Source: Felis catus
Lineage: Eukaryota
DNA: 64,000 nt
Assembly (NCBI RefSeq): GCF_018350175.1
Contig: NC_058368.1
Location: 39,682,001-39,746,000 of the forward strand
Reading direction: 5' to 3'
The position numbers were made by a program, and so were the translations under genes. Shown here piece after piece: positions 40,336-53,299 of this stretch; the first letter of the stretch is position 1, and every line of letters starts with the position of its first letter. Below the pieces are notes generated by a model. It searched no databases. It saw only the letters and a program-made list of their open reading frames with translations, and was not told where the DNA came from.

Positions 40336-41563
40336 TAAAGCTTATTTATTTTTTTAGTAATTTCTACACTAAGCATTGCAAATATCCAGTGAGAGAATTA
40401 TTGGTGTATTCCTGTTTTCTTGGGTTAATATGGATAGCAGTGAAGAAAGGATGATCTGATCGAGTGGGAGAGAACTGAAAAAAATTATAACTCTTAGTGA
40501 GGTCATAGCAGTAAGCGTTAGGAAGAATCAGGAACTGTAAGATTTAGGAAGACAGAGAAAAAATGTGTATGGCCAGAATATTGAAAGTTATGATTTCAGA
40601 GATACAAATATAGAACTATAATAACCCATAGTCACAATATTACAAAGTATATATTATTTAAACAGTGAAAACACTAGTAATAGAGAAATCAGATAAAATA
40701 TCACATAGATTTATTTTTATTAAATATTTCACTATTTTTAAAATGTCATTTTTAATGTGAATATGAGTAAGTAGCTTCACATGTTTTACTCTATAAGAAA
40801 TCAATCAAATCTTAAGTTGATATTCTTAAAAGTAGATTTCACAGGCAAGTTGGTTCCATTAGATTCTGGAAACAAATAAATTGATATTATGTCAAATAAT
40901 TTTGGCAAGTGCTGCATACCCTACCTCCCCCTTAGCTATTCACAAAGCTTAAAAAGACTGGAGGGTCTGATAAGTCGTGCAGTATAGCAATCTCTTTAGT
41001 TTTCAACATGTATATTACGAAAATGATTACAGGACCCCTCCTGCCAGACATTAGCAACTCTTACAATACCCTGAACCCTGTTTCTCAGAACACTCTTTGC
41101 AAATCATTGTTGTAAGCTAAACAATATACATATGTATGTATATATGTATGTATGTGTGCGTGTACACAGATACTTACATCTCAGAGAATTTACTGTGTCC
41201 AAGTAACAAGATTGAATTTCTATGTCTGGAAGCTATCCATGAATACAACATGTCCATCCAGTTAGTCAAAATGAGCTCCCCAGCCAGGATGGATGCTCTT
41301 TAGTCAAATTCCTGTAGGAATGAGTGGGAAGGTTCTTTCCTGCTCAGTTGGGTGGTCTGCTTCCGCAGTCAACCTACGAGCCTGTGTCTTGTTTCTGGGC
41401 TGGAATGGGTTCCTTGATTCATCCTAATCTGTGAAATGCCAGTGTTATCCACAGTTTGAAATAGGTCTGGACTAAAAGGGTAAGACAAAAGCTCACCATT
41501 TCAATTTGCCAGACGTTCCTGCAAGTACAATACTGAGCCTCTTATTAAAAACTAAGTGGTCTC

Positions 41564-41740
41564 GTTGAGCGTCCGACTTCAGCTTGGGTCATGATCTCAC
41601 AGTCTGTGAGTTCGAGCCCCGCGTCAGGCTCTGTGTTGACAGCTCAGAGCCTGGGGCCTGTTTCAGATTCTGTGTCTCCCTCTCTCTCTGACCCTCCCCC
41701 GTTCATGCTCTGTCTCTCTCTGTCTCAAAAATAAACGTTA

Positions 41741-41770
<30 letters not shown>
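41564..41770 (+). mobile_element. 5'-truncated felid SINE inserted in the NFYA retrocopy 3' UTR
   Basis: Starts gttgagcgtccgacttcagc and has a long pure A tail; TSD aaaa(a/c)ctaagtggtctc at about 41547-41563 and 41771-41787. Confidence 0.95.
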
Positions 41771-41777
<7 letters not shown>

Positions 41778-41913
41778 AAGTGGTCTCTGCTCTGAATGAA
41801 AGGGCTAAATGTGATTGTAAGTATCCCTTCAAAAGAGCTGATTAATTTCCTAAAATAGGGGCAAACAGTGGCAAGGAATGTAACCTTGATCACCTACATC
41901 ACATGGCCTGGCA

Positions 41914-42834
41914 TGAGAACACTGAGATGATCTGTACCACTGTTTGTTTGTTTTTTTATTTGTTTGGTGTGGTTCCTGCATATGGGGGACAATCTTTTTC
42001 CATTGGAGAAAATAATTGCCCTGCCCATTTTCACCACACTTCTGTGCTGTGGTATGTTTCATGCAGGTAATTCCTTCTTTCCTTCTGCCTCTAGTTTATC
42101 CCTCCTCTTACAAAGATGTTGGTATTATCTGGCATTCATATAAAGAGGCTCTTCTTCAAGCCTCTCTGTCCCAGGTAGAAGGATTCCTTGGATAGGATGC
42201 ACAGATTCAGCACCAAGCACCATCATTAATTACCATCCCTCCTGAATTGACCATATAGCCTGCCATTGGTAGAGTTACAGTGGTGGGCCCTTGCCCACTG
42301 CTTGTTTGTTGGTATTGGCCTCTGTCTGAACAGTCTGAGCCTCTGCCAAACTGGCTGCTGACATGGTGGTCACGCCTTGGTAGAGAGTGATGCCATCTGC
42401 ATTAACTGGCTGATAGAAGATGGTCTGTCCTTCAACAGTCTGTGCTGCTTGCTGCTCCGAAACAGTGATCTGCTGCCGTCTTTGTTTCTGGCTGGTGCTG
42501 AAAGCTGCCTGCAGCTGCTGAATGATCATCTGCTGAGTAGGGTCCTGTTGGCCCTATACCTGCAACATTTGTCCTCTGTTTCTTCCCCAGTGCTGGATCT
42601 ATCTCTACAGATCCAAGAAAATCTGCTACAAGTTCTGTGTCCCAGATACAGGTTCTTTTGTGATAATGTGACCTTGTCTACAAGGAACAGTTTAGGCAAT
42701 GGCCAGTTGATGTGATTAATTGGCCAGTGATTAACACTGACTTATACTACTCATGGATGCCCCTGGACCTGCTACTGAATCTGGCAATCTACTTTGTTGA
42801 CATACATATTGCTATTTGCTGCATTCTGTTCCAT
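41914..42834 (-). pseudogene. NFYA: Processed pseudogene of nuclear transcription factor Y subunit alpha (NFYA), disabled
   Basis: The minus-strand translation follows NF-YA colinearly and without introns: ggaccATG MEQNAANSN..QIQ*QVQG..LITSTG..PVSGTQNL*QI..IIQQLQ..QTVEGQTIFYQPVNADG..SGQGPTTVTLPMAGYMVNSG..LEEEPLYMNAR*Y..KLEAEGK..YLHE..PHMQ..QIISV. It has several stops (e.g. TAA 42127-42125 in the EEEPLYVNAKQY motif), frameshifts and deletions. UTR-like sequence continues on both sides (to about 42910 and at least about 41500). Confidence 0.95.
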
Positions 42835-44170
42835 GGTCCAATTAAGTCAGAATTCCATTCACAAAGAGCTTCACTCTGGAGGTCCCAGAAAACTGTGAAG
42901 AACACTGCAGAGTTCAAGGGAATTTGTGGCAAGACCCCTTTGCACGTGGAACCTACCTGGACCTAATGGTGAAGGCGAAAGGGACACATCTCCACTTGAC
43001 ACTAGCATTCTGCAAGGGTCAAGACCCCTCAGTGTACCTGTTCTAGTGGTGACATCCCTGCATGGGACTGGCCACTGCAGGCCTTCCTTGGACTGGAATG
43101 CCCAGAGGTACTTACTCATGGGCTCTGGGCCAGGGCCACCAACCTCTCTGCATATCTGGTTAGGCTCAGCTCAACTCTAATGGTTTTTTTTCCAACATAT
43201 ATTTATAGGCACACCCTTCTGCACACTGGACTGTATTACTTTCTGATGGAGATACAAAGATATTTAAGCAAAGATTATTCATAAAAACCATCTATAACAC
43301 AGGAGGAAAAGTGAGAAAAGCACAGAAAATTCCTATGAAAAGACAAACTATGAGGTAAAAGAAAAGTAGAAAGAAAGTTTTAGGGATATTATCAGAGTAA
43401 CAACCCTGCCTGGAAATCAGAAAATAGAGCACAAAAAGAGCGATATTTGAGCATGATTTTTAACATGAAAAAGATTTTGATCAAACAAGTGGGGAAAGTA
43501 TGGAAAACAGATAGGGTGTCTTCTAAGAAGTAGGATAACAGTCCTGTTTGGCCATAACACAAGATACACATAAAGAAATTGAACTGAATTGTCGCTGTGT
43601 TCTCCCTCAAGATTTGCTTTTTTCTTTCTACTTCTCTGTTGCTCTTTTTGTCTAGTGTGGGCTTCTCATTGCAACCCCTCAAGTCAGCGCTTCCTAGGTA
43701 TCTGGCCTGTCACACTCATCCTTAGAGCTGACATCCACAGCCATGGCTTCATGAAAACCAGAAAGGCTGAGATGTCCATCCTAAACCAGTCTCCTAAACT
43801 CAGACCATTTCACCAAATTCCTCCTAGATTTCTCCCAATGAATGCCCCACAATAACCCTAAAAACATTATGTCGATCATTTCCTCACAAATCTATGTTGC
43901 CCTGAGTCCCCTAACTTAATCTATAGCAATAAAATGCTTGAGAAAAACAATAAGGAGGAATCCTTAGGCAACAATAATAATCATATGATGTCACATCTCT
44001 AGACAATTTAGAATATCCCTCAGAAATCTTCCACCCAGAGGAAATGAGAGAGAATGACAGCAATCTACTCTAAAGATGGTTATACTGGCAATGGAATTTC
44101 CCTGAAATGTGCTTCTGTGAAGTGGAAGAAAAGAGCAGAATAGATTTTCAACTTTAAGGGGAGGCATGCA

Positions 44171-44345
44171 ACACTAGCTGCATAATTTGCAGTGCTCAGT
44201 GAAAGATGAACAGTGGGCTCCTTTATTTAAAAATTATTAGGAATTATCAAGTCAGCAACAGTAGAGCATTGAACTGAGTGTCAGTCCCTTCCAAGTGCCA
44301 GCCCCGGGCGACTGCACAGCCCACACACCCTGAAGGCATCCGTGT
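44171..44345 (-). mobile_element. hAT-Tip100 MITE (MER45A-like)
   Basis: agctgcataatttgcagtgctcagtgaaagatgaa...aaaaattattaggaatt...agagcattgaac...gcgactgcacag resembles reverse-complemented MER45A. Confidence 0.72.
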
Positions 44346-46218
44346 GTGCAAGCCCTATAACCTGCCAGAATTGGTGAGTTATAAAGTACTTGGGGTTCAC
44401 AGTAAAGGACAATAAGGTTATATTTAAAGATAGGAAAGCATTCATAGAAAAATTTTAAAGAAAAGTAAAAGAAAAAAGTGAGCTGTACATGAGAAAAAAA
44501 CGTGACATCTAAATGTCCACTATTCTGTGCATCCTCAATTCAGTTCTACCATGTAACTGCCACAGGGATGGTGTGAAATACTTTGTAAATATTCACACCA
44601 ATTAAGGGCTTGTACTTTTACTTTATTAACTCACACCATCCTGCATTCATATCTTTCCTCACAAATATGTTTGACATTTATTCATGTATTTTGTGATCGA
44701 GAACTCTCATTGTGCCCGTCAGTATTTGTCTTAAGCTGCACGTGCTTATTTTAAAGAAAATATTCATGAGGCTCCTATAAAGCCTTGGTTTCAATTCTGA
44801 CATCTTATCTGCAACTTCCTTCATGATAACCTCAGAAAAAAAAAGCTTATTATTTCTGTTCATATTCTATTCTGCTCTTATTTAATTCCTACCATTATCC
44901 CTCAGTGGTACAAAGTCTTCCATTATTGATCACGCTATCTTTCAAGAAGTAGTGAAAGAATCTTCTGTTGTTTTATTCACTTTCAGTGCTGCACATCTTC
45001 ATAGCGTCAACTGTGCTTTTTCAGTCAATGCATTTTGCCCTTTCGGTTTGACTTCATTATTTACTCTTTTCAGTGTATGAAATATTTTCCCAGATTTAAG
45101 CAAATTAAGCATCGATGCAAAATGTATGTCTAGTAAGACATCTATAAAAGAATTCTGGGAATATCTGGGATACATTTGTGTATCATTGTTGACATATATG
45201 CCCCCACTGGTCCAGTTTTGATCCCTCATCATTGGAACCTGTCAATCACTGTAAATTGTATGTGGGTTTTATAATGTGAGGATATTTCCCAGAGGCTAAA
45301 ACAACTGAAAGTCTTGGGCAAATGGAAAAAACAAACTAATAAAGAAAGAAAGAAAGAAATTCAACAAAAGGCATGACAGAATGTGCCATTCTGTGTATTT
45401 TTACAATTTGGATTTTCAATGCTCTGCCATACAGAAAGATGAAAAATTCTACTACTAAAATTCTTATGGTGAAATGGTTTTTAAGTTTATCTTGTTTTTA
45501 GAAAATAAATACGGTAAATTAAATATCTTGAATGATACCAGGGAGAGAAAGCATAATGCCATGCATTTTGTATGGTTGTTAGGTTATTATGTTTTTAATA
45601 AATGGTGCATATAATTCTTTTGATACATAATTTTAATGGTATGTGTAGCCAATAAATGTTTTTGTAATTCTAACTTCTTTTGCATTGTTTGCTATTCTGG
45701 TCATGTGCTACTTTCTTTTCCAATATTATTATATTCAGTATCTCTTTTCTGTTTCATTTCATAATTATGAATGAGAAAAAGCTTATTAGAGAACATCTTT
45801 CTAAAATTAAAAAAACCCACAAATTAGAAAATATCCATATATACTTTTAATTTTTCATTAATTCTCATTAAGCAACTAGTGTCCATTATTCTATCATGAA
45901 TCCTGTAATGGGAGTGTTTAGTTCTAAATCATGTGCACAGTAACACAGAGTTTCCAATATTTTATCAGCTCACCACATGAGTTCCAAATTCATATTTTGC
46001 CGTAGGATCTGAGAAATAAACCTGTAGAATTTTGTAGAAACTGTATAAGGACAATCTAAATTATAAAACATAATTTTACATTATAAAATTGGATGTATTT
46101 GGATGTATTATGGTGTTAGTGTTTTTGCTTCTTTTTACTTAATGAGTGTGCAATAGCCTCTAAGTCTTATTTATTTAATCTTCCGTGACTCGTATCTCAT
46201 TCAAAAATGACCAAGGTC

Positions 46219-46383
46219 AGGGGTGGCTCAGTTGGTTAAGCGCCCAACTCCTGATTTCAGCTCAGGTCATGATCTCCCATTTCATGGGATCGAGCCTCAC
46301 ACTGGAATCGTACTGACAGCATGGGGCCTGCTTGGGATTCTCTATTTCCTTTCTCTTTGCTACTCTTCTGCTTATACTCTCTC

Positions 46384-46428
<45 letters not shown>

Positions 46429-46445
46429 ATATTTAAATAAACTTA
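46219..46445 (+). mobile_element. Carnivore SINE (SINEC)
   Basis: gggtggctcagttggttaagcgcccaactc head and a long (CT)n tract; flanking aaa(t/c)gaccaag. Confidence 0.92.
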
Positions 46446-47399
46446 CAAACGACCAAGATCAGAAATATGATGTGTCACATTCCTTGCATAATCAAAATTT
46501 TACCACAGGAGCTTGTTTCCTAAGTTCTAGTTTCCTCTCCTCTCAGACATTTGAGTTGTGTGTGTGTTTATGTCGGTGTTTGAGAGCGTTTGCGTTAGGT
46601 ATGGTGTAGGTATCTCAGTGAAGAACAGCCTTAACTTATAATTATTCAAGAATACAATCTCAGAAGATAATTCACTGAAAAGTGAAAACATTATCACATT
46701 TCTATTATATTGCTATGATATGTCACATGATGATAACGTCTTAGTTGACAAAATAAAAATTAAAAAAAAATGTAAGAAAGTTCAAGAACAGAATGGCGAT
46801 CTTACCCAGAGATGAAGGTACATACTTACAAAAAGGAAGATAAATACTAAGACAAAGTTCCAACTGTAAGGTTTACAATGTGATTACAGGCATGGTCAAC
46901 ATTAACTAAATTCATTATGCCAGTAGGGTATTGTGGCTTAGAGAAATGTATTTTATGAGTATACTATTAAATTATACTTACTGGGGCTACATTAATTAAA
47001 GTCAAATGCAATGAGTTATGGAGTATCTTCTATGCTAAAGCAGGGTATGTTATAAATCAATTTACCATTTGCTTATATCATGATATCCAAATTACTGCAT
47101 ACTCTGGAGATGGCTATTGAACTCAAGAGAACAAGTCTACGAGGATATGCATCAAATGAGACTGGACTGTAGGTCAGGCCTTTTCAATTCTGGAATGCAC
47201 ATTAATACTAGACACAGTATTGCCCATAAATTTGAAGAGGTACAAGGGAATTTTAGAATAAAACATCACAGTCTGTATTGTCCCTTTCACTGCTAATGTC
47301 CACTAATTCTGTGAAGTTCAACCTCTGATAATTGGTATTCTTTGTTGTGAATTATTCATCAACGACATGGAATTGTCTAGGCTTGTGCAAATAATTTTG

Positions 47400-48690
47400 G
47401 CTAATAGATGTGTTTATAGAATTTTACACATTGCAAATAGAGAATACACTTGGTATATTAAAAAGAAACCATGTACTAGAGAATAGAAAATACCATATTC
47501 AAAAGAAGCATCATTAGACCATGTTTACCATATTTTCTAATCATAATGCAATAAAATTAAAAATCAATGAGAAAATGTTATAAATCCTCATATCTTGTAA
47601 CTAACCAACTACAAAGTGAAAGCTGGGTTAAAGAGAAAATAAGGAAATTTGAAAAATACTTAGTACATAATACCTATGGAATCCTCACATGCCAAAATAT
47701 ATGAGCCAAAACTGAGCAAGCACTTGCAAGAAAATTTGTAGCTAAAAATGCAATTCAAAAGTAAAATGTTTCTACTATACAGCCACTAGAATGGAAAAAA
47801 GTAAAAAGACAGATAATCACAATTATCAGTAAGAATGTGAATCAATAAATATTCATATATTGCTGGTGGCAAAGTAAATTAGTACAATTAATTGGGAAAA
47901 TTTTATACCTTGATGGTATCTTTTAAAATTGAACATTTGAAGTGTGTCTGGGTGGTTTAGTTGGTTAAGTATCTGACTCTTGATTTCGGCTCAGGTCATG
48001 GTCTTGCAGTTCACGGGTTCAAGCCCTGCATCGGGCTCTGCGCTGGCAGTGCAAAGCCTGCTTGGGATTTTCTCTCTCTCCCTCTCTCTCTGCCCCTCCC
48101 CTGTTCTTGCATGCAGTATCTCTCTATCTTTCTCAAAAATAAATGAATAAACTTTAAAAAAATGAAGTTGAATACTTGGATATCTTTTGACCTAGATTTA
48201 CACTCCTAAGTACATGCTTAATAGAAACATTTACAACATTTATTAACCTTAAGACATGTACCAGAATGTTCATGACAGCACTACTTTAATTGGCCCCAAA
48301 CTTGAAGCTACCCAGATGCCCAACAATATTAGAATGGAAATTACATTATGGCATATCCATATAATGTAATACTTTCCAACAACGGAAATGAATAATTTGG
48401 ACTACACGCAATATGAATAGATCTCATAAGCACTATGTCGAGTGAGAGAAGCAAGTCATAATATACACTATTTGGAAGAAATACTGTAGAATCCTATACA
48501 GAATGCTGTTTTAGAAGAGGGTAGAAACAAAGGAACTATGAGAGGGCTTTTGAGAGGTTATGATTGATCGAGGCTGCTAGTTTCACAATGAAGTCAGTTT
48601 ATCAAAATTATGCTAGCTACACTCTTATATGCACTCTTTAGTAGTTTGTATTATACTTCAATAAACAGTTTTAAAAGATGAATAAATGTT
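47400..48690 (+). mobile_element. Old L1 fragments (ORF2 endonuclease region plus L1M 3' end), interrupted by a SINE
   Basis: ttctaatcataatgcaataaaattaaaaatcaatg (the SDHN..KLEIN motif); agaatgttcatgacagcactac...tgtattatacttcaataaa. Confidence 0.72.
47940..48163 (+). mobile_element. Carnivore SINE (SINEC)
   Basis: gtgtctgggtggtttagttggttaagtatctgactcttgatttcggctcagg, CT tract and A tail. Confidence 0.92.
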
Positions 48691-49011
48691 AAAAATACAT
48701 AAATGCTCAATTCAAGACTTCAAAACGAATAAGGAAACAAATCCAACATATGAAGAATAAAGAAAGTTGGTTCTGAAAAAGAGTCAAGAGCAATGAATGA
48801 GCACAAATTACAAAGCCTGATTCAGGCTTGAGGATGGGTGAGAACAATGATTTGGATTCAATGAAGGTTAGTAGCAGCTTCGTTTCTTATAGAATCATCC
48901 ACAACTAGTTCAAATTCAAATCCAATTTATGGTCACAGATACATGTGATTACATTTTCCTCCCTTCAAACAGAAGAACAAACCAGAGAGAAAGAACTCCC
49001 AGAGGAAAGGA

Positions 49012-49014
<3 letters not shown>

Positions 49015-49057
<43 letters not shown>

Positions 49058-49080
49058 TTGTGTGTGTGTGTATACACACA
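49015..49080. repeat. (TA)n/(TG)n microsatellite
   Basis: Direct repeats. Confidence 0.93.
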
Positions 49081-50366
49081 ATACATAGTTATAATAATAT
49101 AGTATAATATATAATATACTTTTCCATCTGATCTACTATCAGTTTCCTTAATTGAGGAGACATCATAAAAGCTGGTGACTCTACTGACTTTCCTGTCATC
49201 CTTAATAATTCTCCATCTCAAGAGGCAGTAGCCCTACTCCCATATTAAAACTAACTCCTGGACACTTGCATATTCTATAGAATGTAGAATGGCTTGATAA
49301 TTGGGGGCGGTCTTCATGTTCAGCTATTAGCAGACAGGTAAGTTCTGGTACAGGGTTTGCTGCAGTATCTGGGCCCCAGGAATAGATTAATGTGCGCCAT
49401 TCTGAGAAGTGACCTAGATACACTCCCTCTTTTTCATTTCCTGCAATTACCATATGCTCTTATTGCATTTGGCAGGTTGAAACCTCCCTTCTCAAATCCA
49501 GTGCTCTGCTTGTGCTTAAGTAGATAATAAGATTATAAAGCACATGATCAACGGCAGACACAGAAGACCCAGGTAGGTAGAGGCAACCAAGCCATAGGGT
49601 TCCCATGCAGGTGCCCCCAGTTATAGTACAGATGAAGAGTCTCCTAACCCATACCAGTTGTAAGGCAGCATCTGTCAGGCAGCACCTGACACTGGATGCT
49701 GCAGGGAGCCTTGACTCAGCTGGATACAAGACTAAGGAATGATCTCACCTGGTAAAATTTACCAGTAGAGGTTAGCCCATGTCCAGTGTCCCAATCCTCA
49801 TCCCTAATTCTGAACCCTCACTTGGGTTAGAGGTTAAAAAGTGTCCTCCCAAACTTTCTTTGAATTTTAAGCTGTACTCAAGCAGCGATCCTAGAGGCCT
49901 GACTGCCTTTTGCCAGAGGCCCTTTCCTAGACTTTTAGGTGTTCCTTTTTGTCCCTTTTTTGCCTTAAAACAAAATAAGAAGAGGATGCGATCATATTTA
50001 TTTTGGTCTTTCCCCTTTCTCACTTATAACCTCTAGGCTATTTTAGCAATCCTGCCACAGCTACTCCAAAGTGCAGACAGTATATCTACAAAATATTTGT
50101 CATGGTTTTGTGTGTATGTGTGTGCATATGCACATGCATGTACATGCACGTAAGTTGGTGAGTAGATGGGGGAAAAAAGAGTTGTCTGCTACTGGAAAAG
50201 TTGATAAGTAAAATGTGGAGAAGGCATAGTGGATAATACACGTAAGAGTCAGCATAAGCAGTCTAGGAGAACAGTAATACACTTCACCCTGACACCTTAA
50301 CCTTTCCTCAAAGAAGATGACAAACTTTTTAGTTTTATCAGGCAGCATTTAAATAGAGAGTTGCTT

Positions 50367-50592
50367 GGGATGCCTGGGTGGCTCAATTTGTTGAGCGTCC
50401 GACTTCAGCTCAGGTCATGATTTCACGGTCTGTGGGTTCGAGCCCGGCATTGGGCTCTGTGCTGACAGCTCAGAGCCTGGAGCCTGTTTCAGATTCTGTG
50501 TCTCCCTCTCTCTCTGCCCCTCCCCTGTTCATGCTCTGTCTCTCTCTGTCTCAAAAGTAAATAAACGTTAAAAAAAAAATTAAAAAAAAGAA
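50367..50592 (+). mobile_element. Felid SINE (SINEC_Fc-like)
   Basis: gggatgcctgggtggctcaatttgttgagcgtccgacttcagc...aataaacgttaaaaa. Confidence 0.95.
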
Positions 50593-50655
50593 AGTCACTG
50601 AGTTCAGAGAGTTGTTTGTTGTCACAGCATAACATAGTCTGTTCTGACCAAAATA
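50593..50655 (+). mobile_element. MaLR (MLT1-like) LTR 3' end
   Basis: aagtcactgag...gttgtttgttgtcacagcataacatagtctgttctgaccaaaata resembles the MLT1 terminus. Confidence 0.5.
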
Positions 50656-53299
50656 GAACTGTTTTTCACTTTATTATGTTTTATTGCGCTGTCTTTTTCA
50701 CCCTGCAGGAATGAGTAGTATCTCCCATGAAGCTAAAAGGGCCTGTACATTCATTTGCAGAGAAGGAGCTAGCTAGTGGGATGGGCCATTCTTGCTTGTA
50801 AAAGACCCACAAGTGAAAGAATAGGTGGAGAAAGAAGGCAGAGGCCCTGGGTCGCAAAACATTCCTTTTTTCATGGGTTCTACCTTTTCGAGCTTGTAGT
50901 AGGAGGCAAGAATTATAATTCACGTAGTAGTCATCTCAATTGCTACTAGCCTATACCATTTATGAAAGCTGTAGTAGAGGGAGTTTCATTTTCCTTAGAA
51001 GAATAGCTTCACTTACTGGTATATTTAAACATGGTTGTGAAACAAATTATTTTAGTAAAATGTGGTTTAATTAGGCCAGTTGTGACCATGCCTGTGGAAG
51101 TAAGGTCGGGTAGCTACTAAAACCAGGACTCATTCAAGCATGAGGTTCCAATGAAGTCCTGTTTTGTTCCAACACATATCTTCCAGCATCTGAACTTGCT
51201 CAATATCTGCTCCAGACTCCGCTCTGTTTTTGCGTTCTTTGTTAGTGTGTAAGAATATCACACTGCACCCTCTATTCTTTATTATTCCTGAATTTTCATG
51301 TACTGAAGAACACATCATTCTGTATGCTGAATGAGTTATAACAAACTTTCACATACATACATATGTAAAAATTGGTTAAAAATAAATAAAATCACATATG
51401 CTTTGGTAGTAAAATATTAAGTCAATCAATTAACATAAAAATACAGTTGAACTTCTATTAGTGGGATGGCATAACAGATATTACTTTTTAATGATTTGTG
51501 CTAATAGTGATCATTCAGTACTTATAAAATAGTGACCTACAAACTTTATTGGTAAATAACCAACTTTGAGGGCAACAAGTATGAGAACCAGTGGGACTGA
51601 TGTGAAGTTTTTATAAGTTGACAGCTCATCTTTCACACGTTAACATTTATGCTGGATATTTGGAACTTGATATTTTTCATATCATTTCTGTTCATCACTT
51701 TATTCTCAATATGCCATTGATGGTGCATTCTGTCTTATATACATTTGTTGACACCAGAGATGGAAAGGTTGCAAATGACATAGCTGAGCAGAATAAGTGA
51801 GAATAGGATAGGTCAGAGTCACTCTGGCAAGAAATTGGATGTTACAATGGATCCAAATTTATTTTGGGAATATTTTATAAACCACTAGATCAAAAACACC
51901 ATGAAGTTGAGGAAATGGTCTGTGAAATAAAAAGAGCCTATGATAAAGGAGAAGAGAACTGATGAAGGATTTTAATTACCTAGCACATAAAGGAAAAAAT
52001 CTAAAAACTATGCTGTTCAGAACTACATAATACTGTCTCATAGTCAAGCATATTACTTCTAATACCTTTTTTTACTCAAATTAAGATAAAACTTTTGTAT
52101 CATGTCATTTTATACATATATTTTTTAAATTATCTGTTTAGTTTTGTATTACTAAAATTTGTGATTTCTATTTAGTCGGCATAGATATTCTATTTTTTTT
52201 TAATTTGGCTACTCAATGATGATGAAAAGTAGAAAGATGATTAATAATGATTATACATCCATAAAATCAATTTGTCACATTCACAAAGTTTTGCACTGAA
52301 TATAATCCAAATTAAAGTTGGTTTTGCAGCTTTTCTCCTAGTTAAAAAATAATCCTTTGATTATGATTGAAAGGCAGATCTAAAACAGACCAGAAATCTG
52401 TTAATTGATTATTAGGAAATCAGATTGAAAATAAATTATATTAATATGTGTTGTTCAAAAAAAGAACTATGAGGACTCACCACATTTATAGTAGAAAAAG
52501 CACTAAAAGTCCACCTAGATATATTTTGGGATATCTATATTTGAGTATTGAAAGGAAAAACAAGGTAATGAAATGTCAAAAACCCAAAGCTGAATTTAAA
52601 CAAAAGCACTCCACCTAAATGGCCAAATGAATTTGAACATAATATAACATTATCATAACTATGTCCTTTACCTCAACCTATTGCTTCCACTTTGTCTTCC
52701 GAGGAAAAACAAAAAAGAAAAGAGAAAAGAAAAGAAAAGAGAAGAAAGGAAAGAAAAGAGTTAAGGAAAGTGTCTGCAAATAGCTGGAATTTCATCAGTC
52801 TAGATTCTAAGTGCTAATTGGCGTAACTCCCTAGGTAGGCATCTATTATTACATACCAAAAGCTCTTATTATGAAGCTAGATTTTTTTCCCCCCTCAGGT
52901 CAGTGGAGTCTGATGGGTTTCTATAGGAGAATCCTAATCAGCATATAAGATGCATTATTTTCACTGATCACTGTTATTCTTCAATAGTAATTTAATGTAT
53001 ATTTAATAAATGCATCTTGTTTGTAAAGGAATAAAAGGCATTTTTAGTGTTTTAGGTTACAAAATAAATAGTTTGTAGGTGGATTCAAGCATGATGACTT
53101 CCTCAACTTCTACAAGCATGACAACCCAGGCTGTAGAACATAGACTTATTTCACTTTACCATAAAATATCACAGAAGACTACAGCGTTCTTTTGTATTCA
53201 TTCTTGGGTACTTGAACTTCAGTGTTACAAGATAGGAAATCTTGAAAACTTACTCCAGAAATGTCATTTTCTCTGATAAAATTAAAATAGTACATTGAT

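Noticed and set aside
42275..42529. 84-aa Q-rich ORF as a functional NF-YA-like protein
   Set aside because: It is a fragment of the activation domain that ends through a frameshift. The DNA-binding region downstream has a stop and deletions.
42377..43180. Plus-strand ORFs of 112, 84 and 84 aa over the GC-richer block
   Set aside because: They are antisense to the NFYA retrocopy and its 5' extension, and there is no independent coding evidence.
50354..50617. agagagttg(c/t)tt repeat as the TSD of the 50367 SINE
   Set aside because: The second copy is offset from the A tail and lies within an MLT1-like terminus, so the match is probably coincidental.
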